Below, piece by piece: positions 41,728-52,824 of a stretch of DNA of 64,000 bases (its first letter is position 1; every line of letters starts with the position of its first letter). Source of the DNA: an uncultured candidate division Zixibacteria bacterium. Its GTDB lineage: Bacteria > Zixibacteria > MSB-5A5 > UBA10806 > 4484-95. The translations under genes were made by a program, and so were the position numbers. Under the pieces are notes generated by a model. It was not told the DNA's origin, searched no databases, and saw only the letters and a list, made by a program, of their open reading frames with translations. The stretch spans positions 96,001 to 160,000 of the forward strand of contig CAXXKA010000005.1 of the NCBI GenBank assembly GCA_963668625.2, in the 5' to 3' direction.

Positions 41728-42296
41728 AAATAGTATTAGCATCAAGTTCACCCAGGCGATTAAGCCTGTTATCCGAGGCAGGTTTCGAGTTCGATGTACA
41801 GTATCCTGATGTTAACGAGGATAGACTGGCCAACGAGTTGCCCGATAAATATGTCTGTCGCTTGGCCGAATCCAAGGCCAGGGCAGTCTCGAACGGTAAC
41901 TCGCTGACTATCGGCGCCGATACGGTGGTGGTGTTAGGCGGCGAGTTCTTGACGAAACCGGGCTCGGAGGATGAGGCTAAAACTATTCTGGAGAAACTCT
42001 CGGGTAAACCTCACATGGTTTATACCGGAGTGAGCGTTGTTTGCAGTGGATGCGGACGGGTACATACCGATTATGATAGTACGAAGGTGCAATTTAATGT
42101 CTTGACTGAACAGGATATTTTACAGTACATAAAAACCGGTGAGCCGATGGATAAGGCCGGAGCTTATGGTATTCAGGGCATGGGATCGTTTTTAGTCAGA
42201 CAATATGATGGTGAATTGGATACTGTTATAGGGCTGCCGAGAAAATTGTTACGAAAGCTTCTGGAGGAACATAGAAAGTGTCTCAACAAAGCTTAG
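41724..42296 (+). CDS. maf: Maf-family nucleotide pyrophosphatase
   Basis: LASSSPRR, GADTVV, DKAGAYGIQG. Confidence 0.93.
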   Translation: MKIVLASSSPRRLSLLSEAGFEFDVQYPDVNEDRLANELPDKYVCRLAESKARAVSNGNSLTIGADTVVVLGGEFLTKPGSEDEAKTILEKLSGKPHMVYTGVSVVCSGCGRVHTDYDSTKVQFNVLTEQDILQYIKTGEPMDKAGAYGIQGMGSFLVRQYDGELDTVIGLPRKLLRKLLEEHRKCLNKA

Positions 42297-43051
42297 GCGA
42301 AAAGTTAAAAGAATTACGCGAGAGTAAAGGTATGACCAGAGATCAGTTATACTCTCAAACTAAAATTCTGGTCAGATATATCGAGGCTTTGGAGGATGGC
42401 AGATGGGATCTGCTGCCCGGTAAAGCCTATTTGAAGCCATTCGTTAAAAATATCGCAGGCGCGTTGGGCGCCGATTACAAACAGTATTATGAGCTCATTG
42501 AATCTCAAACGGAAGCGGAATCAGAACCTAAACAGGATAAATCCGCGAAGAAGGGATTCGATTATCGCTGGCTGGTGGTGGTGGTGATGATTTGCCTGGT
42601 CGCGGTAATCATTTACGTTTTCAATCCAATGGCAAGCGATAAAGGAGTCCAGACAGCGGAAGATATTCCGATACCGGTAGTCGAACCTGGCAACAATAAC
42701 CACGCGATATTCGAAAAAGAATACTCGAGCGAGCTCGACATGGACGGTAAAATGTTCGAGGGTAAAACCCTTCACCGGGTAGAACTGACGGCCACAGACA
42801 GTGTCTGGGTGCTTCTTACCTCAGAAAGCGATACGTTGTACTCGGGTTTGCTTACCTCGGGAAGACGCCTGGTAAGGGAATCATTGGAACCGTTCGTGCT
42901 CTTGATGGGTAAAGCGAATTGCCTGGATGTCAAATACAACGGGATAAAATTAGACAGAGCCGGTTTCCTTCAAAACCGTAGACGAATTAATTTCGACAGG
43001 ATTAGCCTCGATCAGAAGCAACCGACCGGAGGACAGGGTGAAAATCTATAA
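42278..43051 (+). CDS. rodZ: RodZ-like HTH-TM-DUF4115 protein
   Basis: GEKLKELRESKG..YIEALEDG..LP..Y HTH, single TM helix, beta-rich C-terminal domain. Confidence 0.75.
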   Translation: MSQQSLGEKLKELRESKGMTRDQLYSQTKILVRYIEALEDGRWDLLPGKAYLKPFVKNIAGALGADYKQYYELIESQTEAESEPKQDKSAKKGFDYRWLVVVVMICLVAVIIYVFNPMASDKGVQTAEDIPIPVVEPGNNNHAIFEKEYSSELDMDGKMFEGKTLHRVELTATDSVWVLLTSESDTLYSGLLTSGRRLVRESLEPFVLLMGKANCLDVKYNGIKLDRAGFLQNRRRINFDRISLDQKQPTGGQGENL

Positions 43052-43613
43052 GATTGTCGAAATGATGGCTAATTTCCGTTATCGTTTCAAATACAAAGAT
43101 GAGGCGGTAAATTTCCTGTCATTGACGGGCGGCAAGGATGATTGCCTGGTGTGTATGCCCTCCAGAATGGAACATATGCTATTCGCCTCGACCAAGCTGC
43201 CGGAAATCGCTGCGGTTTTCCCCAATCGTTCGATCAAGATACTGGTCACCTCCAATATCGATCATCGTTCGCACGAATATATCAAGAATTTCTCATTGGA
43301 AAAACCATACTCTTACGATATCACGAATTTCAATCTTCCCAAAAGCACATTCATAGAAAAGTTAAAAGGCAAAGGTACATCGATCTGCATAGATATGGAT
43401 TTTGAACATAACTTTTTCAACTCCGCTGTTTGTTTGAAAACAAATGCGCCGCTTCGTATAGGAGCCAGTAAAGGAATGGGATTGCCATACTACAACCTCG
43501 AAATTGATGTCGGGGATAGAACGAGTATCAATGCCGAATCATATAGCAACTTTATGAATGTCTTATACAATTTTAAGGATAAAGGAGAAAGAGTTGCTCC
43601 TCTCGAAACTTGA
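43038..43613 (+). CDS. Hypothetical protein
   Basis: 191-aa ORF overlapping both neighbours in the operon; APLRIG..YNLEI motif. Confidence 0.65.
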   Translation: MKIYKIVEMMANFRYRFKYKDEAVNFLSLTGGKDDCLVCMPSRMEHMLFASTKLPEIAAVFPNRSIKILVTSNIDHRSHEYIKNFSLEKPYSYDITNFNLPKSTFIEKLKGKGTSICIDMDFEHNFFNSAVCLKTNAPLRIGASKGMGLPYYNLEIDVGDRTSINAESYSNFMNVLYNFKDKGERVAPLET

Positions 43614-46600
43614 ATTAAACGGATTCAAATCTTTTCCAGATAGAATAAATCTTCGCTTTGACGAGGGAATAATGGGTGTTGTCGGACCCAACGGTTGCGG
43701 TAAAACCAATATCCTCGACTCTATCAGGTGGGTGCTGGGTGAGCAGCGTAACTCGCTGATTCGCGCCGGTAAAACCGAGGAAGTCATTTTCAATGGAACT
43801 ACCCAGTTGAAACAGGCGGACATGGCAGAGGTCTCGCTGACTATCAAGAACAATCGTGGCGTGTTGCCGTTGGAATACGATGAGGTCGAGGTAACCCGTC
43901 GGCTATTTCGCTCCGGGGAATCGGAGTACTTGCTTAATCGCACTAAATGCCGTTTGAAAGATATCACCAACCTGTTCGCCGATACCGGTATGGGCGCTCA
44001 TGCCTATAGTATTTTCCAGCAGGGCATGGTCGATGCCGTCCTTTCGGATAAAACCGAGGACAGGCGTTATCTGTTCGAGGAGGCGGCCGGTATCACCAAG
44101 TACAAAAACCGTAAAAAAGAGTCGTTAAAGAAACTCGAGAATACCGAAAGCGACCTGATTCGCCTGAGTGATATCATAGCCGAAATAGGCAAAAACGTTC
44201 GCTCGTTACAACGACAGGCTGGTAAAGCCAGAAGTTATAAGCGCATAAAAGAACAACTTCAGGAACTCGAAGTAACGCGAGCCTCCGCCAGGGTGTACGA
44301 CCTTCAGCAAAAATTTACCGACCACGAGCAACAACTCGAGGATAGAAAAGCTCAGAAAGAGGGTTTAAACGCCACGATGGAGTCCGAGGAATCCGCTATA
44401 CAGGAATTGAAATATCAGGTAGACATATTAAACGAGCAGATTACGTCCCAGGCGACGATCGAGGCTAATTTCAGTCAGCAGGCATTGAAAGCCGAAAACA
44501 GCCTGACTACGATTCAAGCACGATTGGATTCGGGCAAGAAAAACGTAGAGCTGTGGGATTCCGAGATAAACGGTTTAAAAGAGCGTATCGAGAATTTGAA
44601 GAATCAAAAAGAGCGCGCCGAAAACGAAAATCGCGAAACCTCCGAGCAGTTATCTTTGCTGAAAGACAGTATTATCGATATAGAAACGAAAGTTATCGAG
44701 GCTAAAGCCGCACTCGATAAATCGCAAGGACGGCTGGAAGAATCGCGAAATAACCTGCACAAATGCGAAAACGAGATGTCAACCGATAATGCCAAACTGG
44801 AAGCCTCGATTACGGCGGTCGAGAGGCTGGCCAACTTAAGCAAAGACCTCGATCAGTCGCTTTTCAAGTATCGCGAGAAGAAAGAGAATTCGCAGGAGAA
44901 TTTAAGCCGCAAAAAGAATGACCTGGAAGCTTGCGAGAACGAGATCGGTTCGATCGATGAGAACATCACCGGCAATCAACGGGAGCATATACGGATCGAT
45001 TCGGAGATAGAGGAATTGCGCCGTCAGATATCATCCGCCCAATCGGAGAAATCCGCAACCGAGGCAAAACTCGAGATGCTATCGAAAATGGTGTTGGAGC
45101 ATGAGGGCTATGGTTCGGGAGTCAAAACATTATTCGCCTGGGAATCGAAACCCGAGGGCATAATCGATACGCTGGCGAATCTGATATCCACGGATAAAGA
45201 ATATTACCAGGCGGTCGAGGCCGCCATGAACGCTTACGGTCAATTGGTCGTTTGCAAAAACCGTCAGGATGCCGAAGCAGGTATAAATTACCTTAAGGAG
45301 AAATCAGCAGGCCGGGTAGTATTTCTAATTCTCGATATGATAGAAAACGGCAATACGGAAAAGGTCTCGTTGAGTGATGATAATTTCATTGGCTCGATCT
45401 CGGATATCATTAAATGCCCCGAAAACCTAGCTCTGGCGATTCAAAAATTATTCGACGGTATCGCGGTGTTCAAAGATAACTCCTCGATTAACGGCTATAA
45501 AGGAGAGGCGGTCGATCTAACGGGCAACTACTACAACGGCCGGGGAATAATAGGCGGTGGTAAATCGAGTGTCACTTTAATCGGGCGCAAAACGGAGCTT
45601 TCGGAACTGGAGGAACTGGCGAGGTCGGTCGAGGATCGCCTGGAAACCCTGCAGGATAATATCGAAACAAAGCGCGAGGAACTACAGAGATCAGCGGTTG
45701 AGGCTGACAGACTTAAGGCCGAGAAGAAATCATTGTTGGGGAAAAGAGAAAGTTTGATCTCCGAGATGACCCGATTGGATTTCGAGTTTCAGGAAAGCGT
45801 AACTCGTCTGACCGAATTGGAAAAAAGCTCAACCGAGGCGGCGGGACAGGCCGAACAGTTGCAGGCGGAGAAAAAAGAGATAGAAAACAGACTCAATGAT
45901 AAAAAGACCAACCATCAGCAAATTGCCGCCGAAATGGAAAATCTCGCTGAAAATCACCGGAATCTGAATGAAAATTACGAAAAAGTTACCTCTGAGTTAA
46001 ACCGAACCCGCCTAAAACTTGTCGAACTAAACGGGCTGGTGCATAAACTGGAAGAGGACAGTCGCAGAATCGCCGAGATGATCGATGAGGCGGGCGTTAT
46101 GATCGAACGCAAGCAGGAGATGATCGGCGAGGAGCAGAAACTCTGGCAGCAGTTCGAACAGGAGATGGAATCTGTCAAGGCTCAGATGACGAAATTGTTC
46201 GAGGCTAAAGATAAAGTTGAGGATGAGAAAAATACCCTCAACAACCAGCGCAGCGATTTGATGACCGCTCTTAACAGCGGAGAAATGAAACTCAAAGAAA
46301 TCCGCACGCAAATTAATAATATCAACGAGGATATTCATCAAAACGAAATGAAATTCGCCGAGTATGAAAACTCCATAAAGACGATAGCCGAACAAATCTT
46401 CCACGAGTACGGCGTCCAGATAAAGGCCGAGCAGCCGGAGGAATACGAAGAGACTCAGCTATTGAATGAAATAGAGGATTTCAAGATCAAGCTCGATCGT
46501 ATCGGCCAGGTGAATATGTTGGCCGATGAGGAGTACAATACCGAAAAAGATCGTCTGGAATTTTTAGAGAAACAGTACGCCGATCTTCAGGAGGCGAAAA

Positions 46601-47115
46601 AATCTCTTTTGGAGGTTATTCAAAAGATCAATAAAACCGCCGAGGAGAAATTCCTCGATACTTTCGATATGGTCAGGGAGAATTTCCAGAATGTTTTCTC
46701 CTCGCTGTTCGAGGGCGGCACAGCCGATATCAAACTGGTTAATCCCGAGGATTTACTCGAGACGCCGATTGATATTATCGCCAGGCCGGGAAGCAAGAAA
46801 ACCGTTTCCGTAAACCAGCTTTCAGGCGGTGAAAGGGCGCTTACCGCTATCTCGCTGCTGTTCTCTATCTACATGGTCAAGCCCAGCCCGTTCTGTATCC
46901 TGGATGAGATAGACGCGCCGCTGGATGATTCGAACGTGACCCGGTTCTTGAAATTGATCAATAAGTTCACTCACTCGACTCAATTTATTGTCATTACTCA
47001 CAACAAGAAAACGATGGAAGCGGCCGATTTATTATATGGAATCACTATGGAAAGACCCGGCGTCTCCAATATCGTATCAGTCAAATTCAATGGGAATGCA
47101 GTAGAACATGTTTAA
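43594..47115 (+). CDS. smc: Chromosome segregation protein SMC
   Basis: GPNGCGKTN, hinge, LSGGE, LDEIDAPLD; TTG start at 43594 after AAGGAG. Confidence 0.97.
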   Translation: MLLSKLELNGFKSFPDRINLRFDEGIMGVVGPNGCGKTNILDSIRWVLGEQRNSLIRAGKTEEVIFNGTTQLKQADMAEVSLTIKNNRGVLPLEYDEVEVTRRLFRSGESEYLLNRTKCRLKDITNLFADTGMGAHAYSIFQQGMVDAVLSDKTEDRRYLFEEAAGITKYKNRKKESLKKLENTESDLIRLSDIIAEIGKNVRSLQRQAGKARSYKRIKEQLQELEVTRASARVYDLQQKFTDHEQQLEDRKAQKEGLNATMESEESAIQELKYQVDILNEQITSQATIEANFSQQALKAENSLTTIQARLDSGKKNVELWDSEINGLKERIENLKNQKERAENENRETSEQLSLLKDSIIDIETKVIEAKAALDKSQGRLEESRNNLHKCENEMSTDNAKLEASITAVERLANLSKDLDQSLFKYREKKENSQENLSRKKNDLEACENEIGSIDENITGNQREHIRIDSEIEELRRQISSAQSEKSATEAKLEMLSKMVLEHEGYGSGVKTLFAWESKPEGIIDTLANLISTDKEYYQAVEAAMNAYGQLVVCKNRQDAEAGINYLKEKSAGRVVFLILDMIENGNTEKVSLSDDNFIGSISDIIKCPENLALAIQKLFDGIAVFKDNSSINGYKGEAVDLTGNYYNGRGIIGGGKSSVTLIGRKTELSELEELARSVEDRLETLQDNIETKREELQRSAVEADRLKAEKKSLLGKRESLISEMTRLDFEFQESVTRLTELEKSSTEAAGQAEQLQAEKKEIENRLNDKKTNHQQIAAEMENLAENHRNLNENYEKVTSELNRTRLKLVELNGLVHKLEEDSRRIAEMIDEAGVMIERKQEMIGEEQKLWQQFEQEMESVKAQMTKLFEAKDKVEDEKNTLNNQRSDLMTALNSGEMKLKEIRTQINNINEDIHQNEMKFAEYENSIKTIAEQIFHEYGVQIKAEQPEEYEETQLLNEIEDFKIKLDRIGQVNMLADEEYNTEKDRLEFLEKQYADLQEAKKSLLEVIQKINKTAEEKFLDTFDMVRENFQNVFSSLFEGGTADIKLVNPEDLLETPIDIIARPGSKKTVSVNQLSGGERALTAISLLFSIYMVKPSPFCILDEIDAPLDDSNVTRFLKLINKFTHSTQFIVITHNKKTMEAADLLYGITMERPGVSNIVSVKFNGNAVEHV

Positions 47116-47989
47116 TAGATTCAAGAAAGGCCTGGAGAAGACCCGCAAGGGGCTCCTGGGCTCGATCGGCGGTTTGTTCGGTAAGAAAATCGATGATGAA
47201 ACGCTGGAGGAACTTGAGGAAAGCCTAATCTTAGCCGATGTTGGCCCGGCGCCGGCATCGGAGATAATAGAGGTGATGCGCAAACGGAAGAACGAGGATC
47301 CGGCGCAGATTTTAAAAGATGAGATATTTAATCGCGTTAACCTTGAGATACCGGAAAACAATAACGGAGAGATCAAGCCGCATGTGATCCTGTTCGTCGG
47401 CGTGAACGGCACCGGCAAGACCACATCGATAGGCAAACTGGCACATAAGTTCATTAAAGATAATAAAAGCGTGCTTATGGCGGCAGCCGATACGTTCAGA
47501 GCGGCGGCCTCCGAGCAACTCGATTTGTGGGCCGAACGAACCGGCGCGCAGATAATAAAATCGGTGCTTGGCGCCGATCCGGCCTCGGTCGCTTTCGATG
47601 CTATCAAAGCCGGGTTGGCTCGCAGATCCGATTACGTGTTAATCGATACCGCAGGCAGGTTACAGACTAAAACCAATCTCATGGAGGAACTGAAAAAAAT
47701 TCATCGCGTATGCGAAAAAGCGATGCCCGGCTCGCCGCATGAGATATGGTTGGTATTGGATGCCTCGATCGGTCAGAACAGTTTCTCGCAGGTGGAGCTG
47801 TTCAACCAGGCTATAGGCTTGACCGGGCTGGTGTTATCCAAGCTGGATGGCACCTCGAAAGGCGGCGCGATTATCGCGATCTCCGAAAAATATAAAATAC
47901 CTGTCAGATATATAGGTCTGGGCGAGGGAGTCGATGATATCGAAAAATTCGATCCGAAACAATTCGCCGAGGCATTGGTAGAAAAATGA
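47108..47989 (+). CDS. ftsY: SRP receptor FtsY (NG domain only)
   Basis: GVNGTGKTT, DTFRAAA, DTAGR, KLDGTSKGG. Confidence 0.96.
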   Translation: MFNRFKKGLEKTRKGLLGSIGGLFGKKIDDETLEELEESLILADVGPAPASEIIEVMRKRKNEDPAQILKDEIFNRVNLEIPENNNGEIKPHVILFVGVNGTGKTTSIGKLAHKFIKDNKSVLMAAADTFRAAASEQLDLWAERTGAQIIKSVLGADPASVAFDAIKAGLARRSDYVLIDTAGRLQTKTNLMEELKKIHRVCEKAMPGSPHEIWLVLDASIGQNSFSQVELFNQAIGLTGLVLSKLDGTSKGGAIIAISEKYKIPVRYIGLGEGVDDIEKFDPKQFAEALVEK

Positions 47990-48378
47990 TAGAACTCGGT
48001 GTTAAAACCTCCGCCAGAAATCAGATGGTAAATATTACGAGCGAGGTGTCGAAAAATATCCCTGCCGGTTATACCGGGCATGCGATGGTTTACGTGCCGC
48101 ATACCACGGCCGCGGTTACAATCAACGAGGGCGCTGATCCCTCGGTGCAAAGTGATATTCTCGGTTACCTTTCGGAGTTGATACCGAATCATCCCGGCTT
48201 TACTCATGCCGAGGGCAATTCCGACTCGCATATCAAATCGAGTCTGGTGGGCAACACTGTTAATCTGATCGTAGAAAACGGCAGGATAATACTGGGAACA
48301 TGGCAGGCAATTTATTTCTGTGAATTCGATGGTCCAAGAAATAGAAAGGTGTATTTAAGTTTAAGTGAAAAAGCTTAA
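47986..48378 (+). CDS. yjbQ: YjbQ/UPF0047 family protein
   Basis: PHTTAAVTINE, NSDSHIK, LGTWQAIYFCEFDG. Confidence 0.9.
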   Translation: MIELGVKTSARNQMVNITSEVSKNIPAGYTGHAMVYVPHTTAAVTINEGADPSVQSDILGYLSELIPNHPGFTHAEGNSDSHIKSSLVGNTVNLIVENGRIILGTWQAIYFCEFDGPRNRKVYLSLSEKA

Positions 48379-48844
48379 GGCAAAACTAACGATAATCGGC
48401 AAACTTCATGATGGCTATGCCAAAGAGTGGGCTGAACATTATATCAAGCTTCTCGACAAATACACCCAGCTCGAGATTAAATACCTCAAAGAGGAGAAAC
48501 TCAACGAGGGCAAAAACGAGGCTGAGGTGTTAAGGCGCGAAAGCGAGCGTATAATCGAGGAAGTTAAAACCGGCGACTTTTTAGTCATTCTCGATAAAAC
48601 CGGCAAAAAATTCAAATCAGTGGATTTCGCTAAGTTCGTCGAGTCGTACTATCAGCGCAGTGATGTGATCTTGCATTTCGTCATCGGCGGAGCTATCGGG
48701 GTTTCGGAACAAATCCTGAAATTCGCGGATATGAAGCTGGCGATGTCGGACATGACATTCCCGCATCAGATGGCGGCTGTTTTATTCTTAGAGCAGCTTT
48801 ATCGGGCGATAAGCCTGATACACGGTTTGCCGTATCACAAGTAA
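48365..48844 (+). CDS. rlmH: 23S rRNA m3Psi1915 methyltransferase
   Basis: FVIGGAIG, MTFPHQM, EQLYRA..PYHK. Confidence 0.92.
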   Translation: MKKLKAKLTIIGKLHDGYAKEWAEHYIKLLDKYTQLEIKYLKEEKLNEGKNEAEVLRRESERIIEEVKTGDFLVILDKTGKKFKSVDFAKFVESYYQRSDVILHFVIGGAIGVSEQILKFADMKLAMSDMTFPHQMAAVLFLEQLYRAISLIHGLPYHK

Positions 48845-49187
48845 TCTTTTATTATCCCCCCTGAAATAACAGAGCAGTGTTCATCCCGCTGTGGTTTGGA
48901 CGTTTTATGCTATTGGGTGAAATGTGGGTTGGTCGGGAACCACGGCTTGCAACAAAGCTAATTGGCAACTGATTCGATTACTTGAACCTGCAAGATTCAT
49001 TGTCGTCCCGGACTTGACCAGGGATTCAGGGGTAATGGAAGCAAAGGTTTATTATCAATCAGCCCATGCAATTGATGTTTGCAATTCCATAGGCGGGCGA
49101 ATCTGATATCCAAATCGAGTATTGAATGACTTGATAAGCCCTGAATCCACTCTGGAACCTCGCCATCATTTACGCCGTTTTATTGGC

Positions 49188-49216
49188 TTGACACATTCGT
49201 GTCTAAAATATATATT
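49188..49216 (+). promoter_or_regulatory. sigma70 promoter of the rib operon
   Basis: TTGACA-17-TATATT immediately before the riboswitch. Confidence 0.75.
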
Positions 49217-49222
49217 CTGGAT

Positions 49223-49336
49223 GTCTTCAGGGTGAGGCGAAAATCCTCGACCGGCGGTTAAAGCCCGCGAGCCCCAATATTGGGGTTGAACCTGTGAAAT
49301 TCAGGCGCCGACGGTATAGTCCGGATGGGAGAAGAC
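49223..49336 (+). ncRNA. FMN riboswitch (RFN element)
   Basis: GTCTTCAGGG..ACCGGCGGT..AAGCCCGCGAGC..GTGAAATTC..GCCGACGGTATAGTCCGGATGGGAGAAGAC, upstream of ribD. Confidence 0.95.
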
Positions 49337-49367
49337 GAGTTCAGGTGTTATACCTGTATATTCGTAT

Positions 49368-49392
49368 CCCTGCCCTGAGTAGGGTTTTTTTT
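49368..49392 (+). terminator. Riboswitch expression-platform terminator
   Basis: CCCTGC-cctga-GTAGGG followed by T8. Confidence 0.65.
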
Positions 49393-50481
49393 ATGAAATA
49401 CGAATCTGACAACGAAAGAATGATGGCCAAGGCGCTAAGCCTGGCGAAAAAAGCGGTGGGCTATACCTCGCCCAATCCGGCCGTCGGCTGCGTAATAGCC
49501 AAAGATGGCCAGATTATCGCCAGTGACTACCATCACCGGGCAGGCCAACCGCACGCTGAGGCGCTGGCGCTGGCCAAAGCCGGCGATAATGCACGCGGCG
49601 CAACGCTTTATGTCACTTTAGAGCCTTGCTGCACATTCGGCAAAACACCGCCTTGCACGGATTCTATCATATCTTCAGGTATCAAGAAAGTCGTTATAGG
49701 CACACTTGATCCCAATCCTCGCGTTAATGGCAAAGGTGCGGAAATTCTCCACAAAACAGGCATAGAGACAGTAATCGGCGTACTGGAGCCCAGATGCCGC
49801 GAGCTTAATCTCGCCTACAACAAATTCATCTCCACCGGCTTGCCGCTTGTCACGATTAAATACGCGCAAAGCCTGGATGGTAGAATCGCCACCAGAAGCG
49901 GAAGTTCTCAGTGGATATCCTCGCCGGATTCACTGAAACTGGCGCATAAACTTAGAGCTACTCATGATTCTATCCTGGTGGGGGCGAATACCGCCAACAT
50001 TGATAATCCCCGCCTGACAGTGAGGCATCTTAAAGGTAAAAACCCTCTTCGTATAGTGCTTTCTCGCTCCGGCAATCTCAAAGACGATCTCAATATTATA
50101 AATGATAACTCCACGAAAACACTGATTGTCACCTCGGACGAGGGAAGATCGCAGGCGGAGAAGCTGGTTAACGATCATGTCGAACTCATGACTGTCCCAT
50201 TAACTGGCAACCAGTTTAATCTTCAACAATTGCTACTTAAACTTGCCGCCAGATGTATCACCTCAGTACTGATAGAAGGCGGCTCAGGCGTAATCACCGG
50301 TTTCCTCAAGCAGAAGATGGCCGATAAGATGGTGATAATCTCCGCCCCGATATTCATAGGCGAGGGTATAAATGCGGTCGGCGATCTGGGAATCGACAAA
50401 TTAGAAAATGCATTTAAGCTGACAAATATTACTCAAACAAAATACGGCCCGGATTGCGCCATGATAGGGGATATTATCTAG
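49393..50481 (+). CDS. ribD: Bifunctional riboflavin deaminase/reductase RibD
   Basis: PNPAVG, HAE, TLEPC..PPC, SLDGRIA, EGG; ATG 49393 (the ORF-track start lies inside the riboswitch). Confidence 0.95.
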   Translation: MKYESDNERMMAKALSLAKKAVGYTSPNPAVGCVIAKDGQIIASDYHHRAGQPHAEALALAKAGDNARGATLYVTLEPCCTFGKTPPCTDSIISSGIKKVVIGTLDPNPRVNGKGAEILHKTGIETVIGVLEPRCRELNLAYNKFISTGLPLVTIKYAQSLDGRIATRSGSSQWISSPDSLKLAHKLRATHDSILVGANTANIDNPRLTVRHLKGKNPLRIVLSRSGNLKDDLNIINDNSTKTLIVTSDEGRSQAEKLVNDHVELMTVPLTGNQFNLQQLLLKLAARCITSVLIEGGSGVITGFLKQKMADKMVIISAPIFIGEGINAVGDLGIDKLENAFKLTNITQTKYGPDCAMIGDII

Positions 50482-51120
50482 ATGTTTACCGGTATTATAC
50501 AGGAACTCGGGACGATTATGCAGGCACGCCGCTCGGGGGATGGTCTGGCACTCAAGATCGAGGCCCCGAAATCCTCTCCGAGGCTAAACAAAGGCGATAG
50601 TATCTGCATAAATGGCGCCTGTCAATCGGCAACTATGATTGATAGTTCGTGGTTTGAGGTATATGCCATGCCCGAGACAATCAAGCGTACGACATTCAGG
50701 AATTTCAAGCCGGCTGATAAGGTCAATCTCGAGTTGCCGCTTACCTTGAATGACCCATTGGGCGGGCATCTGGTAGCAGGGCATGTGGATGAAATCGGGC
50801 GTATAGCCAGTTTCGATCCAACCGGCGGCAGCAATATATTGAAGATTGAATTCGATAAGGCAAACCGGAAATACATGATCGAGAAAGGCTCGGTTGCCAT
50901 CGATGGTATCAGCTTGACCGTGTTCGATATCAGCGAGACGCAGTTCTCTATCTCTTGGATACCGGAGACGATCGAAAACACGGTGCTTAAATATCGTAAG
51001 GTCGGGGATGAGGTGAATCTCGAATTCGACATGCTTGGGAAATACATAGAAAACTTCATCACCGGCAAAGGTGATGGTTTAACGATAGACATGCTAAATA
51101 AACATGGATTTTTGAGGTAA
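50482..51120 (+). CDS. ribE: Riboflavin synthase
   Basis: MFTGII, GGHLVAGHVD, KGSVAIDGISLTV. Confidence 0.95.
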   Translation: MFTGIIQELGTIMQARRSGDGLALKIEAPKSSPRLNKGDSICINGACQSATMIDSSWFEVYAMPETIKRTTFRNFKPADKVNLELPLTLNDPLGGHLVAGHVDEIGRIASFDPTGGSNILKIEFDKANRKYMIEKGSVAIDGISLTVFDISETQFSISWIPETIENTVLKYRKVGDEVNLEFDMLGKYIENFITGKGDGLTIDMLNKHGFLR

Positions 51121-51124
51121 TACA

Positions 51125-52381
51125 ATGACAGATTTCGATAGAGTAGAGGAAGCGATTCAAGATATCAAAGACGGTAAAATAATTATCGTTTGCGATGACG
51201 AGGATCGCGAGAACGAGGGGGATATGGTAATGGCCGCCGAGAAGGTCACCCCGGAGGCGGTTAATTTTATCAGCAAGTACGCGCGTGGTTTAATGTGCGT
51301 ACCTATGCCCATCGATTTAGCCGAGAAGTATCAGCTAAACCAGATGGTTTCGGTGAACACCGCTCCCCTGGGCACACGATTCACTGTCTCGGTGGACTAC
51401 CTGAAAGGGACATCAACCGGTATCTCGGCATTCGATCGCGCTGCGACGGTGACCGCTTTAGCCGATGAGAACGCTCCCCCGGAGGATTTCGGACGACCCG
51501 GGCATATATTCCCGCTTCAGGCTGCCGATGGCGGCGTACTTTCCCGCGCCGGGCATACCGAGGCCTCGATTGACCTGGCAAAAATGGCCGGCTTGAAACC
51601 GGTAGGATTTTTATGCGAGGTATTGGACGAGGACGGTTCGATGGCCCGCGTGCCCCGCTTGATGGAGATAGCCGAGAAGTTCGATATGAAAATCATCACG
51701 ATTAAGGACCTGATCGCCTACCGTCGCCGCCACGAGAAACTGGTGAAAAAAGTTGAGATAGTGGATATGCCTACCAAGTTCGGGCATTTCACCCTTCACC
51801 TGTACGAAAGTTTAATCGATGACCATCACCACCTGGCAATTGCCAAGGGCGATATCAGTGGTGAGCAGGATGTTTTGGTCCGCGTGCATTCATCATGCTT
51901 AACCGGCGATGTTTTAGGTTCGTGTCGATGCGATTGTGGCGAGCAGTTACACGCCGCCATGCAGATGATCGAGAAAGAGGGCAAAGGCCTGGTGCTGTAC
52001 ATGCGTCAGGAGGGCAGAGGTATCGGCCTGGCCAACAAGATCAAAGCGTATAAACTTCAGGAAAACGGCCGCGATACGGTTGAGGCCAATGTCGAACTGG
52101 GATTCAAGGCCGATTTACGCGACTACGGTATCGGTGCGCAGATACTGGCCGATATGGGTCTTTCGACTATCAAGCTTATTACCAATAATCCTCGCAAAGT
52201 GGTTGGTTTGCAGGGCTACGGTTTGAAAGTAGTCGAACGCGTGCCGATGAGCATAAAGCCCAACAAGTTCAACCTTCGCTATTTGGAAACAAAACGTGAT
52301 AAACTAGGACATATACTTGCCGACAGCGCAGCTTCGTTAAGCTCCTGTTGCGGGAGGGATGATGATGGAATTTGCAGGTAA
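51125..52381 (+). CDS. ribBA: DHBP synthase / GTP cyclohydrolase II
   Basis: [38 protein letters not shown]. Confidence 0.96.
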   Translation: MTDFDRVEEAIQDIKDGKIIIVCDDEDRENEGDMVMAAEKVTPEAVNFISKYARGLMCVPMPIDLAEKYQLNQMVSVNTAPLGTRFTVSVDYLKGTSTGISAFDRAATVTALADENAPPEDFGRPGHIFPLQAADGGVLSRAGHTEASIDLAKMAGLKPVGFLCEVLDEDGSMARVPRLMEIAEKFDMKIITIKDLIAYRRRHEKLVKKVEIVDMPTKFGHFTLHLYESLIDDHHHLAIAKGDISGEQDVLVRVHSSCLTGDVLGSCRCDCGEQLHAAMQMIEKEGKGLVLYMRQEGRGIGLANKIKAYKLQENGRDTVEANVELGFKADLRDYGIGAQILADMGLSTIKLITNNPRKVVGLQGYGLKVVERVPMSIKPNKFNLRYLETKRDKLGHILADSAASLSSCCGRDDDGICR

Positions 52382-52823
52382 ACTAAACGCCGAGGGAATG
52401 AAGTTCGGTATAATCGTTTCCCGATTCAATGAGTTTTTCTCCGAGAAATTAATGGAGGGCGCTCTGGACGGGTTAAAACGTCACGGTGCTGATGACGAGG
52501 CAATCGATATCATCCGCGTGCCCGGCTCGTTCGAGATCCCTTATGCCGCCTCGAGAATAGCCGGGATGAACAAGTACGATTCGATTATCTGCCTGGGCGT
52601 GGTGATAAAAGGCCATACGCCGCATTATGAATATATCAACAATGAGGTAGCCAAGGGTGTGGCCAAGCTTTCGCTCGATCACAATATGCCCATAATTTTC
52701 GGGCTGGTTACCGCCGATACACTGGAGCAAGCGATAGAACGCTGTGGCTCGAAATCGGGCAACAAGGGTTACTCGGCGGCTATGACAGCTATCGAGATGG
52801 TCAACCTGTTTAAGACATTATAA
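52359..52823 (+). CDS. ribH: 6,7-dimethyl-8-ribityllumazine synthase
   Basis: [20 protein letters not shown]. Confidence 0.95.
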   Translation: MMMEFAGKLNAEGMKFGIIVSRFNEFFSEKLMEGALDGLKRHGADDEAIDIIRVPGSFEIPYAASRIAGMNKYDSIICLGVVIKGHTPHYEYINNEVAKGVAKLSLDHNMPIIFGLVTADTLEQAIERCGSKSGNKGYSAAMTAIEMVNLFKTL

Positions 52824-52824
52824 G

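Noticed and set aside
49294-49392. N-terminal extension of RibD
   Set aside because: It overlaps the FMN aptamer and terminator; ATG 49393 fits RibD.
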